Below, piece by piece: positions 24,032 to 32,281 of a stretch of DNA of 38,199 bases; the first letter of the stretch is position 1; each line of letters opens with the position of its first letter. The notes below the pieces were generated by a model that searched no databases, had not been told where the DNA came from, and saw nothing but the letters and a program-made list of their open reading frames with translations. Source of the DNA: a virus; the IMG/VR virus record IMGVR_UViG_3300045988_034846, positions 1 through 38,199 of that record; one strand, given 5' to 3'. A program made the translations under genes and the position numbers.

Positions 24032-24306
24032 GAAAAATAGTAATCTGTGGTGCCAAATGGTGTACACCATGCAAGCACGTACTCAGCACATTGAGAGTAC
24101 AGGTTGAGCAAGAGTGCCCCGGCACTACTGAATATATAGACCTGCAGGAAGAGCCGCAGGCGATTGACAGGTACAAAGTATATAAAATCCCGATGGTGAT
24201 ACTCGAAGAGGACGGAAAGCCTCTGAGGAGCTATGTCGGGACATATCCAAACCACCTTGAATTAGTCCGGTGGGTAAAAGGAGAGCTGAATGATAGAGAT
24301 TTATGA
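24028..24306 (+). CDS. Thioredoxin-fold protein (WCTPC active site)
   Basis: 92 aa. It has the active site AKWCTPCK and a cis-Pro region (YKIPMVILEEDGKPL..YVG). An ATGA overlap links it to the MuF gene. Confidence 0.75.
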   Translation: MRKIVICGAKWCTPCKHVLSTLRVQVEQECPGTTEYIDLQEEPQAIDRYKVYKIPMVILEEDGKPLRSYVGTYPNHLELVRWVKGELNDRDL

Positions 24307-24577
24307 GACATCGACAAGTCTGGCAGTAAACGGCCACGCCAATGCAGGAGTTAAGGGCGAGTCGGTACCGTGTGAAGCGGTAACTGCCATGATTAACATG
24401 TTTGTGATGGGCGTCGACCACTATCAGAACATTGAATATGAGCTTGAGAGCGGGCATTTTTACATCAATTTAAAGCAGATAGTATATGTCTGCGACCCGA
24501 TTCTTGAAGCGTTGAAATTAGGCTTGCAATCCGTAGCGGAAGCATATCCGGAATACATCAGCTACGAAAAAGCATAG
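24290..24577 (+). CDS. prp: Prp-like cysteine protease (ribosomal-processing protease family, DUF464 / peptidase C108)
   Basis: 95 aa. GHA (His16), then Cys28 in ESVPCEAVTAM with 12-residue His-Cys spacing, then SGHFYI and a C-terminal ...LQSVAEAYPEYISYE. These occur in the same order as in bacterial Prp/YsxB. Confidence 0.75.
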   Translation: MIEIYETSTSLAVNGHANAGVKGESVPCEAVTAMINMFVMGVDHYQNIEYELESGHFYINLKQIVYVCDPILEALKLGLQSVAEAYPEYISYEKA

Positions 24578-24578
24578 A

Positions 24579-24680
24579 AATGGCCAAGCATTGAAGCCAT
24601 AAAAAGCTATGGAATGACCAAGCGTTGAAGTCGTTAAAAGCCACGGAATATAAGTTAAGCATTGGAACTCTAAACTATGG
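24579..24680 (+). repeat. Three degenerate tandem 34-bp units in the prp-scaffold intergenic region
   Basis: AATGGCCAAGCATTGAAGCCATAAAAAGCTATGG / AATGACCAAGCGTTGAAGTCGTTAAAAGCCACGG (27/34 identical) / AATATAAGTTAAGCATTGGAACTCTAAACTATGG (more diverged). Confidence 0.7.
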
Positions 24681-24693
24681 AAGGAGAAACGAC

Positions 24694-25353
24694 ATGAAAA
24701 AGAAATTGAACTACTGGACACAGCTCTTCGAGGACGGCACAGACGATACCAAGGGAGCAGATAACAAGAACACAGACACTAAGAGCACTGACGGCTCTAA
24801 AGACAGCAAAGCGGGCGATGACTCCAAAGACAGCTCCAAGGGAGACGACAAAAAAGGAGAACCCGAAAAGAAGTACACCGATGAGGATGTTAATAGAATC
24901 GTTCAGGAAAGGCTCAAGAGAGAGCGTGAGAAGAATGACGAAGCCAAGAAGCTTGAGGGTATGTCAGCTCAGGAGCGTGCAGAGCATGAGAGAGACGCAC
25001 TCAAAAAGGAGCTTGACGAGCTCAAAAAGGCTGACGCACTCAACAAGATGGCACAGGAAGCCCGCAAGATGCTCTCGAATGAGAAAATCAATGTCTCTGA
25101 CGGCTTGGTTAATATGATGGTAACATCAGAGGCCAAGACCACTAAGGAGAATGTTGACAACTTTATCAAAATGTTCAAGGTAGCAGTACAGGACGCAGTT
25201 AAGGACAGCCTGAGAGGCAAAGCTCCGACAACCGGCGGAAGTTCAACTCTGACTCGTGCCGAACTCGATAAGAAACTGGCTGAGATTGCTAGTCCTGTAG
25301 AGAGGCAGCGATTGATAGCTCAACACATTGACCTATTTACGAAAGGAAAATAA
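24694..25353 (+). CDS. Scaffolding protein (DUF4355-like)
   Basis: 219 aa from the ATG behind GGAAGGAG (the track's 24625 start runs through the tandem repeats). It is acidic and coiled-coil rich, sits directly upstream of the capsid gene, and has an N-terminal ...TQLFE leader-like motif. Confidence 0.8.
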   Translation: MKKKLNYWTQLFEDGTDDTKGADNKNTDTKSTDGSKDSKAGDDSKDSSKGDDKKGEPEKKYTDEDVNRIVQERLKREREKNDEAKKLEGMSAQERAEHERDALKKELDELKKADALNKMAQEARKMLSNEKINVSDGLVNMMVTSEAKTTKENVDNFIKMFKVAVQDAVKDSLRGKAPTTGGSSTLTRAELDKKLAEIASPVERQRLIAQHIDLFTKGK

Positions 25354-25355
25354 TT

Positions 25356-26312
25356 ATGAACAAGAACAGAACTATTGCATACAGAAAGCAGCTCTTCGCA
25401 CCGGAGACCAACACCACAGTTGCAGCAGACCTTGAGCCGGTCATTTCGATTGACCACACCAACCGGTTGGTAGCAGGCCTCAAGACACTCTTAACAGTAC
25501 TCGGCATCGTAGACATGAAGCCGATGGCAGAGGGTACTACCGTCAAGATGTACAAGACCACACAGAAGAACACACCAGATCAGGTTGCTGAGGGCGAGGT
25601 AATCGGTCTTACAAAGGTAGAGAGAAAGCTCGTTAAGACTTTTGAACTCGTGCTTAAGAAGTTTAGAAAGTCTACCACAGCCGAAGCAATCCAGAAGGTC
25701 GGCAAGGATAAGGCAGTCAATGAGACCGATACAGTCTTCATGAGAAATATCCAGAAGGGTATCAAGGCTGACTTTTTTACATTTATCAAGGCAGGTACAG
25801 GCGTAGCCACAAACCTTGCAGAGAAGAAAGCTACAGCTTCAAACTCTATTCAGGGAGCTATTGCAGGAGTATGGGCTAAGCTCTCAGCTTACTTTGAGGA
25901 TATGGATGTAGAGCCTATCTACTTCCTTAATCCTCTTGATATCGCAACATACCTTGCCAACACAGCCATCACAGTGCAGACAGCTTTCGGTTTCCAGTAC
26001 GTGGAGAACTTCCTCGGACTCGGCACAGTAGTGCTCGATAATTCTGTAGAAATCGGCAAGGTAAAGGGTACAGTTAAGCAGAACCTTAACGCGGTGTATA
26101 TCCCAACATCCGGAGCAGTAGGCTCTACATTCGGTATGACATCTGACGAGACCGGCATGGTGGCTATGAAGCACTTCCTCGACGATAAGACTGCTGCCAT
26201 CAACACACTTGTGTTCGAGGGTGTGACTTTCTACGCTGAGGATGCATCAGGTATCTTTACAGCTCCGATTGCTGTAGAAGCAGCCACAGTTGCAGCATCT
26301 GATCAGAAATAG
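25356..26312 (+). CDS. Major capsid protein
   Basis: 318 aa. The call rests on position after the scaffold and on size. The N-terminus MNKNRTIAYRKQLFAPE carries an L27/Prp-type leader. Confidence 0.8.
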   Translation: MNKNRTIAYRKQLFAPETNTTVAADLEPVISIDHTNRLVAGLKTLLTVLGIVDMKPMAEGTTVKMYKTTQKNTPDQVAEGEVIGLTKVERKLVKTFELVLKKFRKSTTAEAIQKVGKDKAVNETDTVFMRNIQKGIKADFFTFIKAGTGVATNLAEKKATASNSIQGAIAGVWAKLSAYFEDMDVEPIYFLNPLDIATYLANTAITVQTAFGFQYVENFLGLGTVVLDNSVEIGKVKGTVKQNLNAVYIPTSGAVGSTFGMTSDETGMVAMKHFLDDKTAAINTLVFEGVTFYAEDASGIFTAPIAVEAATVAASDQK

Positions 26313-26322
26313 GAGGTAGCCG

Positions 26323-26658
26323 ATGATAGACAGAGTTAAGGAGAGAATCAAGAAAAGACTGTCTGATGAGGAAATCAATGATGATGTCATGGACGAAATC
26401 AACCAGATAGTCACTGACCGCTTGTGTCTGCGCCTTGGAGTATCTGAGGATGCTTTTCCGACTCTGTTTGAGTCAATCGTAGTTGATGCTTGTGTCAAAG
26501 CTTGGCGCAAGTGCTACTACGAGGGCGTATCTTCCGAGGGAGTCGGCAGTCTGTCCAACACGTTTATTGATGATGTGCTCGCAGAATACGCAAGCGAAAT
26601 TGACAGTTGGGTGAATGCCAACGAAAGCTCGAAGAAAAGGATGGTGCACTTCTTATGA
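26323..26658 (+). CDS. Head-tail connector (gp6-like / DNA-packaging protein family)
   Basis: 111 aa. The call rests on position, size and the N-terminal pattern. Confidence 0.55.
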   Translation: MIDRVKERIKKRLSDEEINDDVMDEINQIVTDRLCLRLGVSEDAFPTLFESIVVDACVKAWRKCYYEGVSSEGVGSLSNTFIDDVLAEYASEIDSWVNANESSKKRMVHFL

Positions 26659-26963
26659 TATGGACGAGATTAACCGTATACACCACAGTGGACGGGGCAG
26701 AGGACGAGCTTGGCAATCCCGTGAAGGATGTAGAGGAACTCTACAACGGCCGTGCGCGTATAAGCCCTTGGACAGATTCGAGCGTGCAGGCGAACGGCAG
26801 GGAAGTAACTAAGAATGAGATACAGTTCGCGGTCCCTTGTGACTATGAGAAGCTCAAGAACGCTAAAGTTCTTGAGAATAACTGTAAGGCATTTGACATC
26901 ACGGAAGTGACCGAACTAGCCCCACGCTGGACACTGATAACGGCCAAGAGGTACAACACATGA
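26655..26963 (+). CDS. Head closure / head-tail adaptor protein
   Basis: 102 aa from the ATG in an ATGA overlap (the track's 26607 start is too long). The call rests on synteny. Confidence 0.5.
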   Translation: MIWTRLTVYTTVDGAEDELGNPVKDVEELYNGRARISPWTDSSVQANGREVTKNEIQFAVPCDYEKLKNAKVLENNCKAFDITEVTELAPRWTLITAKRYNT

Positions 26964-27316
26964 GCATACAAGTAAAAGGCACAGAAAAGCTTGTAGAAGC
27001 CCTCTCTCAGATGTCGCAGGCGAGGTTCGATGCAGTATGTCAGGTCTCGGCATCAAATATATACAATCGTGGCAAGGCTGACGGAGGCACACCGGTAGAT
27101 ACAGGCGAGCTGAGGCAGTCATTAACAATCGGAACTATAGACCACGGCGCAGAAGTTGGATATACCAAGGACTACGCTCCACATGTCGAGTATGGCCACA
27201 GGACACGAGGCAGTGGGTATGTTGAGGGACAAAGATACCTTGAACGTAACGTGGAGAAAGAAAGACCTGAATTTAAGCAGCTACTAATTGACAACATAGA
27301 GAGGTTGGTGAAGTGA
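26960..27316 (+). CDS. HK97 gp10-like tail-connector protein
   Basis: 118 aa. TGELRQSL...GYTKDYAPHVEYG matches the gp10-family pattern. Confidence 0.65.
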   Translation: MSIQVKGTEKLVEALSQMSQARFDAVCQVSASNIYNRGKADGGTPVDTGELRQSLTIGTIDHGAEVGYTKDYAPHVEYGHRTRGSGYVEGQRYLERNVEKERPEFKQLLIDNIERLVK

Positions 27317-27726
27317 TGCTACAGCAATTCAGCATTATCGAGCTGATAAAGCAGATACAAAAGGCGGTGCTGTCCGGCACCGGTAAAAAATGCTACGACC
27401 ACGTAGAAAAGGGACAGGCTTCACCATTCTACTACGCAGAGTTGGTTCAGAGTAAGCCTGCTAATACCAAGACCATGTACGTGACAGAGTACACAGTCAA
27501 CATACATGTGGTGTCAGAGAGTGGCAAGACATCTGTCCCGCTCTTCAAGGAGATACAGGCACTCGAAGAGGCCATGACGGCCGACATTGATATACCAGAG
27601 CCTTACGAGCTTATTTATCAGATGTACAACGGCATACAGTCCACATACAAAGAAAAAGACACCAACGAGAAACATGCAGTCCTTAACTATACGTTCAAGG
27701 TCTGCTACGGCTATATGATGAAGTAA
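27313..27726 (+). CDS. Tail completion / tail terminator-like protein
   Basis: 137 aa. The call rests on synteny only. Confidence 0.4.
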   Translation: MMLQQFSIIELIKQIQKAVLSGTGKKCYDHVEKGQASPFYYAELVQSKPANTKTMYVTEYTVNIHVVSESGKTSVPLFKEIQALEEAMTADIDIPEPYELIYQMYNGIQSTYKEKDTNEKHAVLNYTFKVCYGYMMK

Positions 27727-27738
27727 AGGAGACACGAT

Positions 27739-28281
27739 ATGAAATACAACAAACAGTTATTCGGAAACGAAGCCGCCTCAGAGACAACAACAGGCTTTGA
27801 TAAGGGCGTTTACTGTGATTTTTCAGCGAATGCAGTTAAGGCACTCGCAGGCAAGGATATCTTACTTGCAGTATGGAACGCAGAAGGCACAGCTATCAGC
27901 GCTATCGCAGGCCAGCAGAGCCTTAAGCTCAATCGTTCAGCTGATTCTATCGAAGTAACAACCAAAGATACCGGAGACGGTTGGAAAGCATACATCGCAG
28001 GATCTAAGGAGTGGTCAATAGACACGGATGGTCTGTACATCAACACAGATGCATCAATGCAGGCACTCTCTACAGCTTTCGAGAATGGTGACCCGGTATG
28101 CATTAAAGTATACAACAAGAAGACCAAAAAGAGTATGTTTGGCGGTCTTGCAGTTATTACAGACTTCCCACTTGAGGCACCTTATGACGACTCAATGACT
28201 TACTCTATCTCACTCAAGGGACAGGGCAAGCTCGTGGATCTGAGCTCTAACCCTGTAACACCTGACACATTACCTGCATAG
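27739..28281 (+). CDS. Major tail protein (phi13 / Phage_tail_2-like)
   Basis: 180 aa. It has the pattern GKDILLAVWNAEG...IAGQQSLKLNRSADSIEVTTKD...WKAYIAGSKEWSIDTDGLY. The call also rests on position. Confidence 0.75.
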   Translation: MKYNKQLFGNEAASETTTGFDKGVYCDFSANAVKALAGKDILLAVWNAEGTAISAIAGQQSLKLNRSADSIEVTTKDTGDGWKAYIAGSKEWSIDTDGLYINTDASMQALSTAFENGDPVCIKVYNKKTKKSMFGGLAVITDFPLEAPYDDSMTYSISLKGQGKLVDLSSNPVTPDTLPA

Positions 28282-28284
28282 CAA

Positions 28285-28313
28285 GCAGGGGCTATATGTC
28301 CCTGCCTATTTTT
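28285..28313 (+). terminator. Hairpin / partial terminator after the major tail gene
   Basis: GCAGGG-N9-CCCTGC followed by CTATTTTT. Confidence 0.55.
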
Positions 28314-28331
28314 CAAAAAAGGAGAAAATAA

Positions 28332-28640
28332 ATGTTCGAAGTAAACGGAAAACAATATGATTTTGATTTTAACACAGAGAGGGTTTCAATGGTAGAGGCT
28401 GCTGCTAAGACAGCTATCATGGGCGAATACTCCAACACCAACGGCTTATTCTCGCTCAAGACTATGAATGTGATGTTTCAGCTTGCGGCAAAAGAGGTAG
28501 GCTCTGACAAATTCCTTGGACAGACAGAGGGTGCCAAGCTCTTTGAGGATGCACTCAAGGAGAGAGGCTATGCCACTATCGCAGTCGAGATTCAGTCAGC
28601 TCTAATGAGAGATACACCTTTTTTATTCCAAGCCAACTAG
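28332..28640 (+). CDS. Tail assembly chaperone (gpG-like)
   Basis: 102 aa. It lies between the major tail and tape measure genes and ends just after a slippery heptamer. Confidence 0.75.
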   Translation: MFEVNGKQYDFDFNTERVSMVEAAAKTAIMGEYSNTNGLFSLKTMNVMFQLAAKEVGSDKFLGQTEGAKLFEDALKERGYATIAVEIQSALMRDTPFLFQAN

Positions 28641-29041
28641 TCGCGAATGAGTATTTTGACGAGCCGAACGAAACTCCTGCAGAAAAAGAGCTGAGAAGGC
28701 CCTACCTGCAGGACATAGATTTTGCTTGGTTCGTTGTTAATTTCAATTATACGAAAGCCGATTATTTGGCTCTGACTCCACGCGAAAAAGCCTTCATATA
28801 CAAGGCTTACGAAACTAAGACAGTCAATCAATCAACGCTGCTACGAGACACAGTCCTGAACGCTATAAGCAACAGCAAGCGTAGACGAGGGGCGAGCGTG
28901 TTCAAGCTATGGAAAAAGCGAGCCAAGAAGGCTGACATATCCACAGTTCGAGACAACATGAAAGTCATAGCAGAGATTGAGAAGAACGAAGTAGGTTGGA
29001 TAGATAAGATATATGCAGCCAACGGATGGACAAGGAAGTAG
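28332..29041 (+). CDS. Tail assembly chaperone frameshift product (gpGT-like, -1 programmed frameshift)
   Basis: The slippery T_TTT_TTA lies at 28619-28625 in the G frame. The -1 frame is open from there to 29041, and the track ORF 28766-29041 is in that frame. Confidence 0.7.
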
Positions 29042-29048
29042 GTGAAAC

Positions 29049-31913
29049 ATGGCTGACTATACATTAAGCGTTGACGTCACGGCGAATGACCACGCGAGCG
29101 AGACGTTTAAGAAAATACAGGACAATGCAAAAAATTTTAAATCAACCGTAGAGAATGCCGGACAGTCCATGCAGAAGTTTGGCGAAAAGACGGAAACAGT
29201 CGGCAATAATCTCAACAAGTCAGTTACCGCACCTATAATTGGAGTTGGAACAGCCACAGCAAAGCTTGCCACAGACTTTGGAAGCTCAATGGCCAAGGTC
29301 AGCACTATCGCCGACACGACACAGGCACCTATCGGAGACCTGAAAGAGTCTATCCTTGAGCTCTCAGATGATACCGGCATGGCGGCAGACAACATAGCTG
29401 AGTCAGTATATCAGGCTATATCAGCCGGACAGTCAACAGGCGAGGCAGTCAACTTTGTTACAAATTCTACGAAACTTGCAAAAGGTGGCTTCACTGATGC
29501 AGCTACCTCAGTAGACACACTGACCACTATCCTTAACGCTTACGGCGATAAGGCGGGCGACGTAACAAGCGTATCTGATAAGCTTATCACGACTCAGAAA
29601 TTAGGAAAGACGACTGTTGACCAGTTGGGCGCTTCAATGGGTAAAATTATCCCAACAGCCAACATGTACGGAGTGAGCCTTGATAACATCACATCTTCTT
29701 ATGTTACCACTACTAAGAATGGTATCGCTACAGCAGAATCGACAACATACCTTAACAGTATGCTTAACGAGCTCGGAAAAGCGGGCACCGATGTATCTGA
29801 CATGCTGAAAGAGAAGACAGGCAAGTCATTCCAAGAGCTGATGGAATCCGGTATGTCATTAACTGATGTACTCAACATCATCCAAGAAGCTTGTACGGAA
29901 TCCGGCAAGTCAATCGGTGATGTGTTCAGTTCACAGGAGGCGGCAAAGGGCGCGGCTACACTTGTACAGCACGCGGACGACTTCAACAGCGCTATGCAGT
30001 CTATGGCTAATTCAGCAGGTGCCACCAACGAGGCATTCAATAAGATTGACAGCTCAAACGCGGAGAACTTTGCGAAAGCACTCAACCGCTTGAAAAATGC
30101 AGGCATACAGTTCGGAGAGGCAGTAGTACCGGTAGTAGTTCCAGTGTTCACGGAATTGGTAAGCGTAGTTACAGGCGCAGCCGATGCATTCAACAGCCTT
30201 CCTGAGCCAATGCAGGATATGATAGTTAAAGGCTTGGCTATAGCGGCAGCGGTAGGACCGGTAGTAACTGTATTCGGCAAAGTAACAGCAGTGGCAGGCA
30301 AGGTAACAAGCGGCTTCGGCTCAATCGCTGGCAAACTCGGAGGTCTTGGAAGTGCAGCATCATCAGCAAGTGCACCAGTATCAAGCGCGGGAGCGGCAAC
30401 AGGAAGCCTTGCAAAAAATGCACTCGGACTCATAGCGGCAGGAGCTGGCATCCTATTGGCTTCGGCAGGCTTGGCACTGCTTGCATACTCAGCGATTCAG
30501 TTGGCTCAGGCGGGTCCTACAGCAATCTTAACTATGGTTGGAATGGTAGCGGCAATCGCACTGCTTGCAGTAGGAGCAGCAGCATTGGCACCGGCACTCA
30601 CAGCCGGAGCAGCAGGACTCTTGGCATTCGGTGCGGCTATCCTCATGGTAGGCGCGGGAGTGGCACTGGCGTGTGCCGGTGTAGCTCTGCTATCCACTCA
30701 GTTACCGACTATATCAGAATACGGTCAGTCGGCAGCAGTCGGAATTATAGCCCTCGGTGTGGCTCTGATGTCATTCGCGAGTGGTGCCACTATGGCAGGT
30801 GCCGGAGCACTGATTCTTGGTGCTGGCTTATTGGTAGCGGGTGCCGGAGCACTCACAGCGGCAGCAGGAGTAACGTTACTGGCTGTCGGAGTGGTGGCAC
30901 TTGGTGCAGGCATAATAGTCGTAGCAGCAGGAGTTAATCTCTTGGCAGCAGGGCTTGTGGTATGCGGTGCAGGGCTCGTAGTTGTGTCCAATAATGCGGG
31001 CACAGCCACGGCGGGACTTGCAGCATTCACGCTTGCGGTAGCGGCAGCAATTATTCCAATCACGGCAGGAACAGTGGCAACGACTGCATTTACTGTCACG
31101 ATGGTGGAACTCGGTGCAAGCCTGACGGTATCAGCAGGAGGAGCCACACTACTTGCGGCGGCACTGCTTGCGGTATCGGCTGAGATGGTAGTTATATCAG
31201 CTACAGCCAATTCAGCAAGTAACGACCTAAAGAGCATGGTCAAATCAATTGACATTGTAGACACAGGCATCAACAACCTTAAAAAGGTGGCAAGCTCAGG
31301 ACTCAGGGCTATAGCTTCAGCATTCACGGCAGCAACCCCAAGTGTTACAGCTAAAGCTACCACAATGTCACTGAAAATGGCTGATTCAGTCCACAAGGGC
31401 TTCGCAAAGGTGCCGACTTACATCATGGTGACCATGACGATGGCAAACGCGGTCACTCTGGCTCAGTTCGTGGCAATCAATGCCACTGTATCAGGGCAGA
31501 TGAATCGAATGGTCGGAACTGTCAGAACATCACTTAACCAGATGAAGAGTGCCTTTGCTGGCACGAGGTTCAAGCTCAACACAAGCATGGCTTTACCACA
31601 TTTCAGCATGAGTGGCAATTTCAACGCTCAGACCAAGGCAGTGCCAAAGGTACACGTGTCTTGGTACGCAAAGGCTTATGACGAGGCTATGATGTTCAAC
31701 ACGCCTCAGGTAGTGCAGGCGAATGGCTTCGGTGACGGACCGGGCAATGAAGTGGTAAGTGGTGACAGACATCTTGTCGAGCTGTTCAAGGAAGCTCTTG
31801 GAAGCTATGGCGGTGGCGATACTATCATCCCGGTTTATGTCGGGCAGGAGAGAATAGACGAGCTTGTAGTTACTGCAAAACAGCGAAAAGACTTTAGATC
31901 GGGAGGTAGATAA
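29049..31913 (+). CDS. Tail tape measure protein
   Basis: 954 aa. It has a TP901-type core near the N-terminus (DTGMAADNIAESVYQAISAGQS) and a long Ala/Gly/Leu/Val-rich hydrophobic central region. Confidence 0.9.
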   Translation: MADYTLSVDVTANDHASETFKKIQDNAKNFKSTVENAGQSMQKFGEKTETVGNNLNKSVTAPIIGVGTATAKLATDFGSSMAKVSTIADTTQAPIGDLKESILELSDDTGMAADNIAESVYQAISAGQSTGEAVNFVTNSTKLAKGGFTDAATSVDTLTTILNAYGDKAGDVTSVSDKLITTQKLGKTTVDQLGASMGKIIPTANMYGVSLDNITSSYVTTTKNGIATAESTTYLNSMLNELGKAGTDVSDMLKEKTGKSFQELMESGMSLTDVLNIIQEACTESGKSIGDVFSSQEAAKGAATLVQHADDFNSAMQSMANSAGATNEAFNKIDSSNAENFAKALNRLKNAGIQFGEAVVPVVVPVFTELVSVVTGAADAFNSLPEPMQDMIVKGLAIAAAVGPVVTVFGKVTAVAGKVTSGFGSIAGKLGGLGSAASSASAPVSSAGAATGSLAKNALGLIAAGAGILLASAGLALLAYSAIQLAQAGPTAILTMVGMVAAIALLAVGAAALAPALTAGAAGLLAFGAAILMVGAGVALACAGVALLSTQLPTISEYGQSAAVGIIALGVALMSFASGATMAGAGALILGAGLLVAGAGALTAAAGVTLLAVGVVALGAGIIVVAAGVNLLAAGLVVCGAGLVVVSNNAGTATAGLAAFTLAVAAAIIPITAGTVATTAFTVTMVELGASLTVSAGGATLLAAALLAVSAEMVVISATANSASNDLKSMVKSIDIVDTGINNLKKVASSGLRAIASAFTAATPSVTAKATTMSLKMADSVHKGFAKVPTYIMVTMTMANAVTLAQFVAINATVSGQMNRMVGTVRTSLNQMKSAFAGTRFKLNTSMALPHFSMSGNFNAQTKAVPKVHVSWYAKAYDEAMMFNTPQVVQANGFGDGPGNEVVSGDRHLVELFKEALGSYGGGDTIIPVYVGQERIDELVVTAKQRKDFRSGGR

Positions 31914-32281
31914 TGTTAAAAGACTATCCAACGATTATTAATAATACACAGCTCTTTCAGCCAAATAAGTGGGAAGAGACAAGTGAAGTAGTAGAAGAGA
32001 CATATAAGACTGAGGCTGGCACAGACCAGGTCTCAGTCACACGCTATGACAAGCTCTCGGTAGATGCTCAGTATAGAGTTAATTCGGAATGGCTCAAGCA
32101 GTTTAAAATGTGGTCTAAGGTTGACTCACTTGATGCATCAATCTATGACGCTACGGCCAATGGCTATGTCAACAGGGTGATGAGGATGCGAAATTTCAAG
32201 GACTCACCGATTGAGTGGTCAGAGAGAATGGAAGACACTGACGGTATATGGGATGTAAGCTTCAGCTTGGAGGAATTTTAG
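31913..32281 (+). CDS. Small tail protein in the distal-tail (Dit) position
   Basis: 122 aa, immediately after the tape measure gene with an ATGTTA/TAATG overlap. It is shorter than typical Dit proteins. Confidence 0.35.
   Translation: MLKDYPTIINNTQLFQPNKWEETSEVVEETYKTEAGTDQVSVTRYDKLSVDAQYRVNSEWLKQFKMWSKVDSLDASIYDATANGYVNRVMRMRNFKDSPIEWSERMEDTDGIWDVSFSLEEF

Noticed and set aside
29699-31396. Long antisense ORFs (29699-30451 and 30725-31396, minus strand; also 30671-30937 plus) inside the tape measure gene
   Set aside because: They are Ala/Pro/Ser-rich mirror translations of the GC-rich Ala/Gly codon run of the tape measure. They have no SD or start context and lie wholly within a confidently assigned gene.
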